This document shows positions 15,287 to 26,968 of a stretch of DNA of 64,000 nt, piece by piece. The notes under the pieces were generated by a model. It was not told where the DNA came from and searched no databases. It saw nothing but the letters and a program-made list of their open reading frames with translations. Numbering within the stretch: the first letter of the stretch is position 1; every line of letters starts with the position of its first letter. The position numbers and the translations under genes were made by a program. Origin of the DNA: Amoeboaphelidium protococcarum X5 (taxonomy: Eukaryota > Fungi > Aphelidiomycota); contig JALDTO010000266.1 of NCBI GenBank assembly GCA_023515725.1, positions 171,345-235,344 of the forward strand, in the 5' to 3' direction.

Positions 15287-15961
15287 ATGGAAGAACACAC
15301 AAAGGTTACAAAGGAATTGTCAAAGACTTTGGCCAGTTATAATAAAGAGTAGCTACAGCAAATTGCTGCGCGTGTAAACTTGAACCAGGATCCTGGTACC
15401 AAATCTGAACTATTACAACTGATAGTAGGTACTGGCTTTACAGTTTAGCAACTGCAGTTTTCCTTCTGTGATGGTATGACATTTAATTAAACCACCGCTT
15501 TACTATTGAGGATAGGTCGACTATTCAGCCAGAAGGTCGATCTGGTGCCTGTCAATGACAACTGGATCTCATTGAGTAGTCTGGCTGCTGCAATTATGGC
15601 AAGATGGCACTCATCTGACTGGATCAGGTTTCAGGAAAGTGATGCAATTAAAGAGGCAGCCAAGTTTCTAAACGTCTCCTAGGATAAGCTAATTTAGGCT
15701 GAATAAAGACTGATCAGACTGGACATCGTCTCCATCGTAATCGCTTGGTACAATGGGGCCGCGTTTACTGTCGCCTTAGTGCACCAGCTGCTTTCTCGTT
15801 CCGATGCCTAATCTGACACTCTGACGCCACCATAACTTCCTCTCCCTCTTGAAAGCCATACTCCTCATGAAATTCAATCCCCTGCGTTCTCCGAACCAAA
15901 CAATATTTAACAAGGCGGTGGACCTCTTACTCGTCTTGCGTCTCAAGTGAACAGTGGATGA
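15287..15961 (+). CDS. Orphan protein with N-terminal SAP/HEH-like helix pair and KilA-N-like domain, ~224 aa
   Basis: Open under TAR=Gln: YNKEQLQQIAARVNL..PGTKSELLQLI, then WISLSSLAAAI..RWHSSDWIRFQESDAIKEAAKFLNVSQDKLI...IRLDIVSIVIAWYNGAAFTVALVHQLL, which resembles the KilA-N pattern. Confidence 0.55.
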
Positions 15962-16854
15962 CCTTCTAAGTTGCCATATAGTCAATATCTGCCTCTTCCT
16001 TAGTTTAAAAGCTAGTAATATAAGATTTCAGCCATAGGTTGTTGTAAGGCCAGAGAGAGAAGATTTAGCTCACTTGCGTTAAGCAAGTAATGGAAAAGTA
16101 CTTGATGCAGGATAACCCTTCTCCTAATGAGTAAAACCTTGCCAGTGACTGGATTACTGGCAGTGTCGACGAATACAGAGTCTGCATGATCCTCAAGAGT
16201 TTATTTGACAAGTAGGATCGGTAGAATTCCTCTAATACCGGAGAACTGTTATAAACGTTGGGGAAATACATGCGCCCGGAGCAATTTTTTCACCTGATGG
16301 CAAACTTACTATATGCCTTTGGGATGAGCAAACCAATCGATGTCTGTTGCCTATGCCTTCGTTTGTCTTCTCACTTGGTGAAAGTGCATGAGTGTTTTGA
16401 AAGACTACACTCTAAATCAGGAGGATTTTGGATTAACGAAGTCTTTGGTGATGAATTGCAGGCTCTTTGCTTCCGGAGAGACGTCCCTAATCTTTTAGTC
16501 TTTTGGATGTGGACTCTTGATAATAAGAAGATTATCGGATTGTTATGTGCTTTGTTAAGTGCAGTGGGATTCCGATTGCTGTCCGAAGGGAATTTAGCAG
16601 CCATCAAGTACCAAGCATAATCTTTGTCAATGAAGGATCTAACAATGGCAACAAAGAACCCTTTATGCAAATAGTTATTACAGCACTTCTAACAACAAGT
16701 CAAATCTGTTGACGAGGAACTGACTTTGGTATTCTAATATCTAATGAATCTAGATATGGATCAAAATCAAGGATCAAGTGGAGTCGAAAATCAACTACAG
16801 AATGCACCATCCGATTACACACTCTATGGAAAACCGCGTTCCCCAGAATTATGA
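15958..16854 (+). CDS. Hypothetical protein, ~298 aa; ATG overlaps the upstream TGA (ATGA)
   Basis: TGA-free frame from ATG 15958 to TGA 16852-16854 that includes ORF fragment 16258-16620. No recognisable motif. Confidence 0.5.
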
Positions 16855-17056
16855 TCATTCAATTCAATCAATGATATTGCATAATCCTATTCATCACTAC
16901 TTAATTCTCTAAAAATTCATTTCTTAATCAATTGACAACGTATCCATGAAATAAACCATCAGACAGCACGAGTTCCACCAAAATCAAATAACGACGAGAC
17001 ATATGAAAAAAAATTAATCAATCAAAAAAATTAAGCTAAAACATAACTCAGGCAAA

Positions 17057-17406
17057 AGTTTCAAGTTTTAAACTGATCATGCGACAGAGTGATTCAATGG
17101 ACGCATATTGCGTTCATCATTGATCAGACGCGCGCAGATTGCGTAAACTGTCTCAACATCAAGCGAACAACTCTAGCAACTAAAATTTAGACTCTATACA
17201 CCCGGTATTACATTCTGCGTTCATTTAAAGCAGTTTCAAGTTTTAAACTCTCAATGCGACAGAGTGGTTCAATGAACGCATATTGCGTTCATCATTGCCC
17301 AGGCGCGCGCAGATTGCGTAAACTGCCTCAGCATCAAGAAAACCACTCTAGCAACTAAAATTTAGACTCTATACACCCAGTATTACATTCTGCGTTCATT
17401 TAAAGC
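17057..17406. repeat. Tandem duplication of a 175-bp unit (2 diverged copies) with internal hairpin
   Basis: Units 17057-17231 and 17232-17406 both run agtttcaagttttaaact...tgcgttcatttaaagc. Hairpin ATGAACGCA-tat-TGCGTTCAT at 17272-17292. Confidence 0.95.
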
Positions 17407-17493
17407 ATGTTTAGAATGGAAATAAATCTAATTTGCAAATATATTATAAAATCATTCAAAGAGTCTTAGACCTGGGAACCAAAATACCAATAT

Positions 17494-18870
17494 TCATAAA
17501 AAGGACCGAAACACCTTTGAGGCGAGACGTATCATTCGTTGCTTAAAGTATAAACTTCCTTGATTAGTCCCTTATGAGTTAAACCTCTAGAATGGCCGTG
17601 TATATTGCGCCAGATTACTCTATTCTTACCAAATTTTCGATCTTAGATTATGGTTCCATGTGATGATAAGATTATCTTGCTCCACATCGCGATATGCAGA
17701 CCGATAATTCCAGTTAGAAGACCCTATCATGGTTATGAATGGCATTTTTAGTCTATTATCATTGACAAAGAGACCTTTTGCATGATAAGACCACCCATCG
17801 TCATTCCTATCATACTCCAATAGTCGAAGATTATTACTGCTACTTGTAGAGTCAATAAACTAATGCGCAATATGCTAGTACATTGCTGGTACGTAATACG
17901 ATACACCTTTCCCTTAATAAAACCCATTAGTTCTCACGGATGGTATAGTTATATTGACCACGGGATCTTTAGAAAGCTTGCGCAGTGCATCATTAACATC
18001 AGCAGTAGGATTGAAGTAGCCACTAGTGATATCAATGTCGCCCATCAGTGCTTTGCCTTATGGACTTTATTTTAGTTTGGCCAGATAATTCAAAATTGAA
18101 ATCATGCTTTGCTAACTCTGCCGTATCTTCAGGTGCGGCACATTGAACATTGGAATCACCATAGCCTTGTTGCTATTCATAATCAGACTCTTTTCAATGG
18201 CACTCTCAACACTACAGTCATCACCCAAAAGATTCTGGCAATCTCCAGGCTCATTCAATTGCCGTATAAATTCATCATACCATCTGTTCAGCTATTAACT
18301 TTCATCTTCCTTATCGAACGGTGTACCATCACTATCGCAGTCACCAAGATTAAGTATGTAATACCGATCCTGTCTATTGGTGAAATAGCTAGCTGAGAGA
18401 TTGGCACCAGATAGTAGAACGACATTATCAAACTTGTAGATTTTAACGTGTAGAATACTAAAAATCTCATTATTTCTATCACCAAACAGTCTAGTTAAGA
18501 GAGAACTGGCAGCACCTGACTTGTACATGTGCAAGTTGACGTTGGATGCATTCAAATTCTTGACACGCGTCTCCAACACTTCCCTGCCAGAAGTAGACTG
18601 GCCATCACTAGCAGTAATTAGCCTATTAGATCTGAAGTGGTCAAAAGTTAAATCAACTTGTAGATGCGGATTAGATTTGATTGCATCAGATAAAGCAGTG
18701 ATTAGATCAGATTCAGTCTAGTATTTATCGAGCTCGCATCCACAGTACAGCGATACTAATTATATTTGATGTTTAGCATTGGATATCCTTCGTAAAAGCT
18801 CTTGATGAAATTCTTATGGCGTATTCAACACGTCAATTCTATCAGCGTCTATCTTGAAGTATTTCACCAT
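17494..18870 (-). CDS. PGS1: CDP-diacylglycerol--glycerol-3-phosphate 3-phosphatidyltransferase (PLD-type PGP synthase)
   Basis: TPQEFHQELL..ISNAK..I.LVSLY, first HKD-like motif HVKIYKFDNVVLLSGANLSASYFTNRQDRY, second WSYHAKG...TMIGSSNWNYRSAYRDVE. Confidence 0.92.
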
Positions 18871-19511
18871 TATTATTAGTGTGTGGATTAATCAATAGGC
18901 GCTCGATAAAGTGTAAGCGACTTTTCGATTCTTCAATCTTACTCAGTGGTCAAAGAGGAAGTAAATTATGAGAAAATCTGGTTTTATATTTATTGATTTA
19001 ACGCGTTACAAAATAGTGATAAGATCATTAAAATTTTCTGATTATATGACACCACTAAAATAACAGCATGAATTAGTATAAACTTGAATGACAATGAGGT
19101 GAGTTGATGATGTTTAAATCAATCTACTGAAGAAAGTTTTTGAAGAATCTGAGTCAAGGAACTCTTTAACAGGCGTTAAGTTGAATTTAGAAAGCTAATA
19201 AAAGCTTCAACTAATAATCAAATGCTTCAATAGCAATTTGGAGACGGACATACAAAGTATGGGAATTGATGATGTTGATGTAATCGTCAAAGCTTCAAAC
19301 TGCCGTTCTTGGTTGAATGTGAAACGCGCGCGTCTTTCTCGTTTCACTTCTCCTCCATTCTTTCCACTCTCGCTGTCACTCTCAACTCTGCATTTATTGT
19401 TGAACTGGAAAGTGATTGCAATTGTCTATATATAATCAAGGTGGTATCTTTTGGAATTAATTATTGAGCTTTGTGATTATCTGGAAAGTCTGGTGGAAAT
19501 TTGGATTGAAT

Positions 19512-21827
19512 ATGATGTTTCCTTCTGATAAGAATTAGTACGAACTCATGTCAATCATTGGGAAAGGCTCTTTTAGTAATGTGTATAAAGTTCGTCTGAG
19601 AGCCAGTTCGTTGAATGTACTACTATCTACAAGCCGTAATATCATAGACTCATAACAGTTATAGTTATATGCCTTGAAGATTATTTAAAAGTAATTGATT
19701 CTTAATGCTGGACTGTCCGAAAGAGTCAGAAATGAGGTTTAAATTCACAGTGAGTTGTAATAATGTCGAAATATAGTCAAGTTGCTTCATCACTGGGAGG
19801 ATAATGATGCTATATATCTGTTGATGGAGCTGTGTTAAGAGGATTTGTACAATTATTTACATACTAAAATCAATAGTAGCCCGGTGACTTAAACATAGAA
19901 TAGAGGACTTGATGATAAAGAGGTGGCGCTGTTAATGAAAGATTTAGTGGAAGGAGTTGCGTATTTGCACCATCGGTCTATTCTGCACAGAGATTTAAAA
20001 TTGTCTAATATTATGCTGTAGAAAGACCATTTAAGTGGAGCGAATGTTTGTAAAATTGGAGATTTTGGATTGTCTTGCCGAATATCTACGCAGACTAATA
20101 ATAAGAGCTTTAAGAATTCAATCAACATCAGTGAGGCTATGACCATGTGTGGCACACCTAATTATATCAGTCCCGAGATTGTGAATAGGAAGTCTTATGG
20201 TTTATCTACTGATATATGGTCTTTGGGATGTTTATTATATACTCTTCTATGTGGATATGCACCATTTGAATCTGATAATGCCGGTAATGTGAAAGAGACT
20301 TTAAACAAGATCAAGTCGGGACAGTTTTCTATTCCATCATTCTTATCCTTTAATGCATCTGATCTAGTAAAGAGGATGTTGGCAATTGATCCTGCTGATA
20401 GAATAACTATAGATGAAATTAAAAGTCATCCATTCGTTCTGTCTGCCTCCATGTCTTCTCACAGGCCTGCCATTATTGATCATAGTTGCCAGAATAATAA
20501 CAATGTTGCTGGAGGTGGTAATTCTGAAAATTTACCATTGTTTGCAGCGTCAGATTTACAGGCGCTGTTCACTTTGAGGCTGAAGCCTATTTAATAAGTT
20601 ACAAAGCATGGAGTTATTGAGATAACGTCTAATGGAAGTGTCATGCTTGAATTGACTAATGACAAGTACAAATTGATAATAAGTTCTGATGGTCTTAATG
20701 TTCAAGTCACTGATAAATCGAATGGTAGCACTTTATAGTATTCTTTTAGCTCTCTGCCTAGTAAGTTTATTAAAAAGTACAAGTACGCGTTCAAGTTTGT
20801 GTAAGCTGTCAGAGCAAAGACTCCGAAAGTTGTTTACTATAGCCAGGTGGCCAAGTGTATGTTGATGGAGAATACTCCTCCAGATTTTGAATGTGTATTT
20901 TGTAATAGCAGCAATAGTAAGAGCTCAATCAATTAGAATGATCAGGTGAAGATTCGACTTAATGCTAGTACGAATGAGGTTGAGATTGCCCAGAATGGTA
21001 AGAAGTAGAGTTTTGCAGATTATGCGGAAGCTATTCCATTTCAGTATTAATATAACTATCGGCACATGAAGGAGTGCTATTAGATTTGTCTTGATCTGAT
21101 TTTGAATAAAAGTGCCGGTTCTGATTATCCTCTAGTTATTCGTGGTGATGGTAAGAATAAGTATTAATCAAATTTATCATCTAGTACTATTATGGCAAAC
21201 TTTGGCCGGTCACGAAACGATAAGATGACTCTTAATCTCGGGGCACCTACTTTGGATAATTCACTAATCAGTCACATGTAAAAGACCTCATTGAGCCCTG
21301 TAGACTAGAATCATATTGAGTAAAGAAATATTCTATCGCAAAATGGTGTATAACATACAAACATCAACTCGTTGTAATAGAGTGCCATGATACCTAGTTT
21401 GACAAATTCTAATTAGTTATCATAACCGGTGTTATCCATGAATCAGAGTAGATAGCTTTCTGTATAGTAGTAATCTCATTAAAGTTAACAGTTCAATGCG
21501 TCCTGTAAAACGCAAGTAATTCCAAGCGACAGTAGTAGTTGGAATAATGCAGCGTTCATGGCCAATGTCGGATGGTGTATGTAGACCAAGTCTGGGAGTG
21601 GTGGTAATAACTTTACTATGCTGTTCAATGATGGCGTCAAGCTGACTGTGGAGACTCCATCGAGGAAAGGAGAGCCGTGTTATGTCGCGTTTACCTCCTC
21701 CTCCTAAGTGGATTCGAAGCAAGGCAGTGCAGAGTAAAGACTTGTGCTGGATCGTAATCTCCCTCGCCATATCAAGTCTAAGCTGGTGCACTTTACACAG
21801 TTTGTTAAGTTGTTCAAGAAGGATTGA
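19512..21827 (+). CDS. PLK4: Polo-like kinase 4 (SAK) with cryptic polo-box region, ~771 aa
   Basis: Kinase GKGSFSNVY, HRDLKLSN, KIGDFGL, TMCGTPNYISPE. PLK4 cryptic polo box RLKPIQQVTKHG..., KKYKYAFKFVQAVRAKTPKVVYY..AKCMLMEN. Confidence 0.9.
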
Positions 21828-21955
21828 TTTAACAGGTGGTAATGTTTCTTATAGTTTCTGTTTGTATTGATAGTTGTTTATAATAGATTTGATTTATTTA
21901 TGGTTTACAACCAATATGCCTTAACTCTATTAATATTCATTGAGATAGCTCACCT

Positions 21956-22736
21956 TCATGAACCGAATATTGATGGATCTACCAGCTGGAAGGACTTGAT
22001 TAGACGAACAAAGGTTTACACTGCGCAGGATATTTCATCATCATCGCGCATCGATTCAGATCCACTTATCGCCCAGTCCCAATTAAATTGACATGCCTTA
22101 TTAGCTTAAGAATCATCAACAAGTGGTAAGTTCATTGACAATACAACATCAGTGGTGTGCTGTTACAATCGGAAAACGCAAAGCATAATCAGCACCTGAT
22201 CAAGTCGCGTTTAATTGAACTTTTAGATCCTCTGCAATCCCACAACAACTCTAGCACACGTGTTTCCTCTACAAATATGAACAGCATTGTCAATGTCAAT
22301 TCAATAATAGATATACGAAGGATTTACACTGCTGCGATAAGACGATTACTTTCAAGTTGACTTTGATGCAGCACGGTCGCGTTCTCCGGAGTGCACTGAT
22401 TGTCCTCAGCCAGTACTTGAAAATGAATTCTACACACTAATTTACAGAATTGAGTAAGCATTACATAGATACAACTATAGGTGTTTACAATGCAGGATCA
22501 TTCGCGTTGAATTTTGTAGAATCTGATCGCTATAGTGCAAAGGTAAATTCCTCAGGTACAGACGACGTGTCAATCAATTCGATAATGATACTCGCAGCGG
22601 ATTTAGTATCAGCAAATACTTCTTGGTTGTCAGGTACTTGGCGAAATGCAGATACATCCTGATATGAACCAGGTATAGAGCATTTCATAGCCCCGCCGAA
22701 TAACTGGCGATCATTGTTACTATCAATCTCGATCAT
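21956..22736 (-). CDS. MOG1: Ran guanine nucleotide release factor Mog1; two short introns
   Basis: LFGGAM, DVSAFRQVPDNQEVFAD, SIIIELI, HFQVLAEDN, RLQQHTTDVVLSMN, C-terminal SFQLVDPSIFGS. Confidence 0.88.
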
Positions 22737-22859
22737 TTTATCTTCGCTGTTATAATGAAGACACCCGCAATCGTAAAAGAGACTAGATTGTCGCTAAAGC
22801 AAAAATAAAATCACAATTGCAATGATCTATTATACATTTTATTATTACAATTACATATC

Positions 22860-24968
22860 TCAGAATGGCGCGGGTTACTCTGCTGTCGGCTGATCATAGC
22901 TCTACTCTAATTGAGTGTCCATCAAAGACTTGAAACTCAATAGAGAAGGATAATGCGCGTAAATTTAGAGTTGATTAGATCGAATCATTTACTGGAATTA
23001 ATCAGCTTAGATACTGCTGGCACATGTCTGACAATCTGGACACAGCTTGATTAGTCTAGATAGATCGCTAATACGAAATAACTATCCAACAGAGCCGTGT
23101 TCTACTTCATCAGCATCCATCTGAATAAATAGTCTTTCCTCTCTATGCACTTCATCAATCAAGTCCAGTGAGAACCAATCATCGCGATAGATGTAATACA
23201 ATTGTAGCCAATAGTATAAACGTATGAGAAAGTGCTATGAGACTTGGACTCTTTCATTGACTTTCAAGAAGAAGTGGAGACTTTTTTAGAATGATTTCGC
23301 TACAAACTCATGCAGAGACAGTATGCCTATAGATTCTACCTCAGGGATTATCATGAATTTTTACTCAATCTACTTTACAAACTTTTATCCCAGACGATCA
23401 GACACATTTTATCTTTGTGCGGTATTATTTAGCGAATAAGTCCATATAACAATCTTCACATGTGGGATGAAATCTTCAGGAACAGTTGATACCAATTGAG
23501 ACAGGTGAGCATTTAAAGCAGATAAATCATCAGAACCGCAGATTTAGTAACCAATCACTAATGGAGCTTTTTAAATCAAAGCTGAGGCAAGTTGATATAA
23601 TAGAGTCTCCTGAGAGCCATCATAAACCACAGGCTCCAATCGTTATTTCAAATAATCGGCGGAATCCCTGAAAGATTATGACTGTATATTCTAATTCTTC
23701 TTTTTCAGACTGGATACCTTACCGACATGTTAGAATATTGAAGGATTATGCGCGAACAGTTTATAATAATCACTTCCAATTGTCTATTACTTCATTCTAA
23801 TGAAATCCTTAACGAGCCAATCTACGGGAGATGAAGAGAATCGCGTCTACAAATATTTAATCAGCTCTGGCATATCAGCAGATCGCATCAACTATCCAAT
23901 AAATCCATAGAATGACTAAAAACTATACTCTGAACGGTCAGACATTGTGTTCTCTGAATAGAACGTGAGTATGAACCAGTCATTGCGCTGATAGAAATAA
24001 TGCTGCAACCACCACGCCATCTCAGTCAGATAATGATTTGAACACTGGATATCATCTTCCATTTAAATGTAAAACTCAGCATTAGTCAATGCAAGTGACT
24101 ATTCCATAAGATATGCAAAGTCTAGAACTTACTTGGATCTCCACCTGACGCGATCAGTTTCATCGTTCCAGTTGAGTAACATGGGACGCTGCAACCGTTT
24201 GTATATTCCAGGTAATTCCAGAAGGACAAGTTGTCCATTACTGATTTCTTTACTAAACATAGATTTTATGGACTAGAAAGAGTGATGATCACTACTAGGA
24301 ACATTGCAATTGAGAACTACAATTTTGAGGTGACGTCTCAGAGATGGAGCGACTTTACTGAACATGCTTTAGAGAGTTGTGGCGATATAATCAGTAGATC
24401 TTTACACAGTTGGAAATCCAAATACCAAAGGATGATCTTAAAGAAACGCATCGGCCAATTTAATTTTCATTTCTATGGGATATGGTAGAGATGCTTATAC
24501 AGAATCGTGAAGCTTAGGCCATAGAGTCACTTCTTTATCATTTTGTAAGGATGGATTGGGCGGAATAACATCTAGGAACGGTAATGCCTTGACCTTTTAT
24601 AAATATTACAAATCTATTTTAAACTATGGAGACGTAGCCTTTCTTCGATTATCCAAAATCTATCTTTCGATCTATCCAACATCTAATGCTACAAAATCTT
24701 TATCAAGCACAATTTATTCCAAAGCATCATCAACGGGGGTACTCACGACAGCACTTTGATTAACTTCCAAACTGATAATTCGAAGACTTTTTAATTCATT
24801 CATTTCTGATTGCCTAAAGTACTTGTATATAACTTCTTAATAATTGAAAACTGCAATTGATAGAACCACATGGAAAGCGAATATCAATAATGCCATAGTA
24901 AAAATGATTACAACTCGTTACTCTAGCCTTGTCCACCGCATACTTGGAGAGGTAACCGGACGTTCCAT
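22860..24968 (-). CDS. Type II membrane glycosyltransferase, GT54/MGAT4-like, ~702 aa
   Basis: N-terminal TM helix. LVFGFPTVQR..DYIATTL, RVRWRSKQVLDFAYLM, FYIQMEDD, PSIFQHVGKVSSL. Confidence 0.8.
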
Positions 24969-25299
24969 AAATAATGAGTAATTGAATTCAAGGCTGTTAT
25001 TACTTAATTCTATGACAGCTTAACTAAAAAATCAATCTTGAGCTTAACTTTACCTTTAATTAACGAGGATACGGAAGCTTTATATCACCATGGCAACGGA
25101 CGCAGTTAGAAACAATTGAAGACGTACGGTATCGGAACGGCACATAAGCCTATCAATGCAAGTAAAAGAGTGAAATAGTCTACCATATATAACTGGTTCA
25201 CAATATAGAGTGTCCTCAAGCTCACCTTATGGCATCTGCTCAGCGCACTTACGAGAATATATGCAAAATCGCTCTCTTGATGGACACTACAATCAGTTC

Positions 25300-25553
25300 A
25301 GTAAGCCTGGATCCACACTTTTTGGATAACACTCTTAGAATCACACTGCGAATCGCTTTTCAGCTTGTAATGCATCCACCACCGCAGAGTCACGGCGACC
25401 GTCATACTTTGTAGGCGCCAGTGGTCGCAACAAAGAGCCATATCCGACAGAGCACACAGGAGCAGAAGATGGCAACACAGAAGAAGTAACTTCAGATGCA
25501 ACCGCTTGATAAGAAACAGATGGTACAGGAGAAGAAGTCGCATCAACCATCAA
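25300..25553 (-). mobile_element. Degenerate LTR-retrotransposon gag fragment
   Basis: LRPLAPTKYDGRRDSAVVDA resembles the Ty3/gypsy capsid start motif (P.KfDG.RD...VD.W). The frame breaks soon after. Confidence 0.45.
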
Positions 25554-26079
25554 GCATCGCAGTTTAGTCGAAAAATCTAAGAAAAGAGTAATTAAAGACT
25601 AAGCACGAGTATATTTCACTAATCCTTATTTGCACACGGATAAGCAAGGTTCTCAACTTGAACAATGACATTGCACCAATAGCCATCTGTAGTCTTCGTC
25701 CTGATCACGATACTTTTTCAATGCGTCATTCCTAAAACTGCTTACATATGATATCAGCAATTAATAAACGAGTAAAAAATAACTAAGTGACAACTGATCT
25801 ATATTTGGTAATGTCTGATCCGCCACATTCAAACAGAGTAGGCAGCGTTACTTTACGTTTTAACCTCTTGATTAGATTATTAACCACACCCAGGATTTGA
25901 TAATCTGGTTTAATCACGACATTACAGACTTCACAGATTAGGTCTATTTCATCTTTTTCAAGCCACTATGGTGCAAAACATTCAAATCAATCTAGAAGTA
26001 GGATGGCACGTCAGATTGCGTGGTAAAAATGTCAAATCTCTTTAATCGCTGGTTCATTATGGCAGCATACTGAAATATA

Positions 26080-26620
26080 GGCAAATTATTTAACTCTGGA
26101 AAGTGGAACATAAAGTTACCCGTGCGCAAGTACCTACTGCTATAGATAGATACTACGTTTCGCCAAAGTTTATCCCTGACCTTATTAATAATGGTTGCAA
26201 AGGCTATCGAATTGGGAACTGGTGGCGGACAAATTCAACATTCTCAAATTCAGATCCAGCTATACCTATTTTCGGAGTACACACCTAATCTCCCCTTTCG
26301 AGAACCATTGATTATTTGGCATTTTATATAATTTCTATTCAGAGTTAAAACTTTGAGCATTGTTCAGTTCACCAATCCGGCATTTACATTTAAGTTGCGT
26401 ATTAACATCACTGTGACGCCGACTTTTAACTTAATTTTAGCCTGGGGAATGCCAGAGTAGTCAAGAGCATTAAGTACTTTTGGATCAATGTTTAGCGAAT
26501 TATAGCCAATTATTAAGTCAGCCTGTGTTGTAATCACATACTTACTCAATCCAGTCGCATCATCAATCAATATATGGGAAGCATTCAGTTCACTTATTCA
26601 GTTTAGACTAGTCTGCATGA
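26080..26620 (-). mobile_element. Helitron PIF1-helicase pseudogene fragment
   Basis: LNALDYSGIPQAKIKLKVGVTVMLIRNLNVNAGLVN, RHQFPIR and AHGQLYVPLSRV in shifting frames, with an in-frame TGA. Confidence 0.8.
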
Positions 26621-26968
26621 ATGTCTACTTAACATCTAGTGGACTGTGCCAAGACGTTACAATGTTTTTCAGATTCAAACACCGAGGCATTCATCATCTA
26701 CTAGCAGATGACTACTGTATCTTCTTTTCAGTGCACACCATGATGTCCATCAAACGAACGCGCTTGTCGTTGTTTCAACTTGCATCCTTTTTCCAAAGGT
26801 ACGGATCTATTTTGCCGACTTCCCTTACCTACATTATTCTTTCACGCCTTTGAATTTTAGATTTTTGTTCTGCATATTGTATGCATTGAGCTATTATTTG
26901 GTTGAAACAATTAATTTATCTTACTTCTATCGTGGTGGTGGTAGTAGAATAATAATTCATTGATTATT

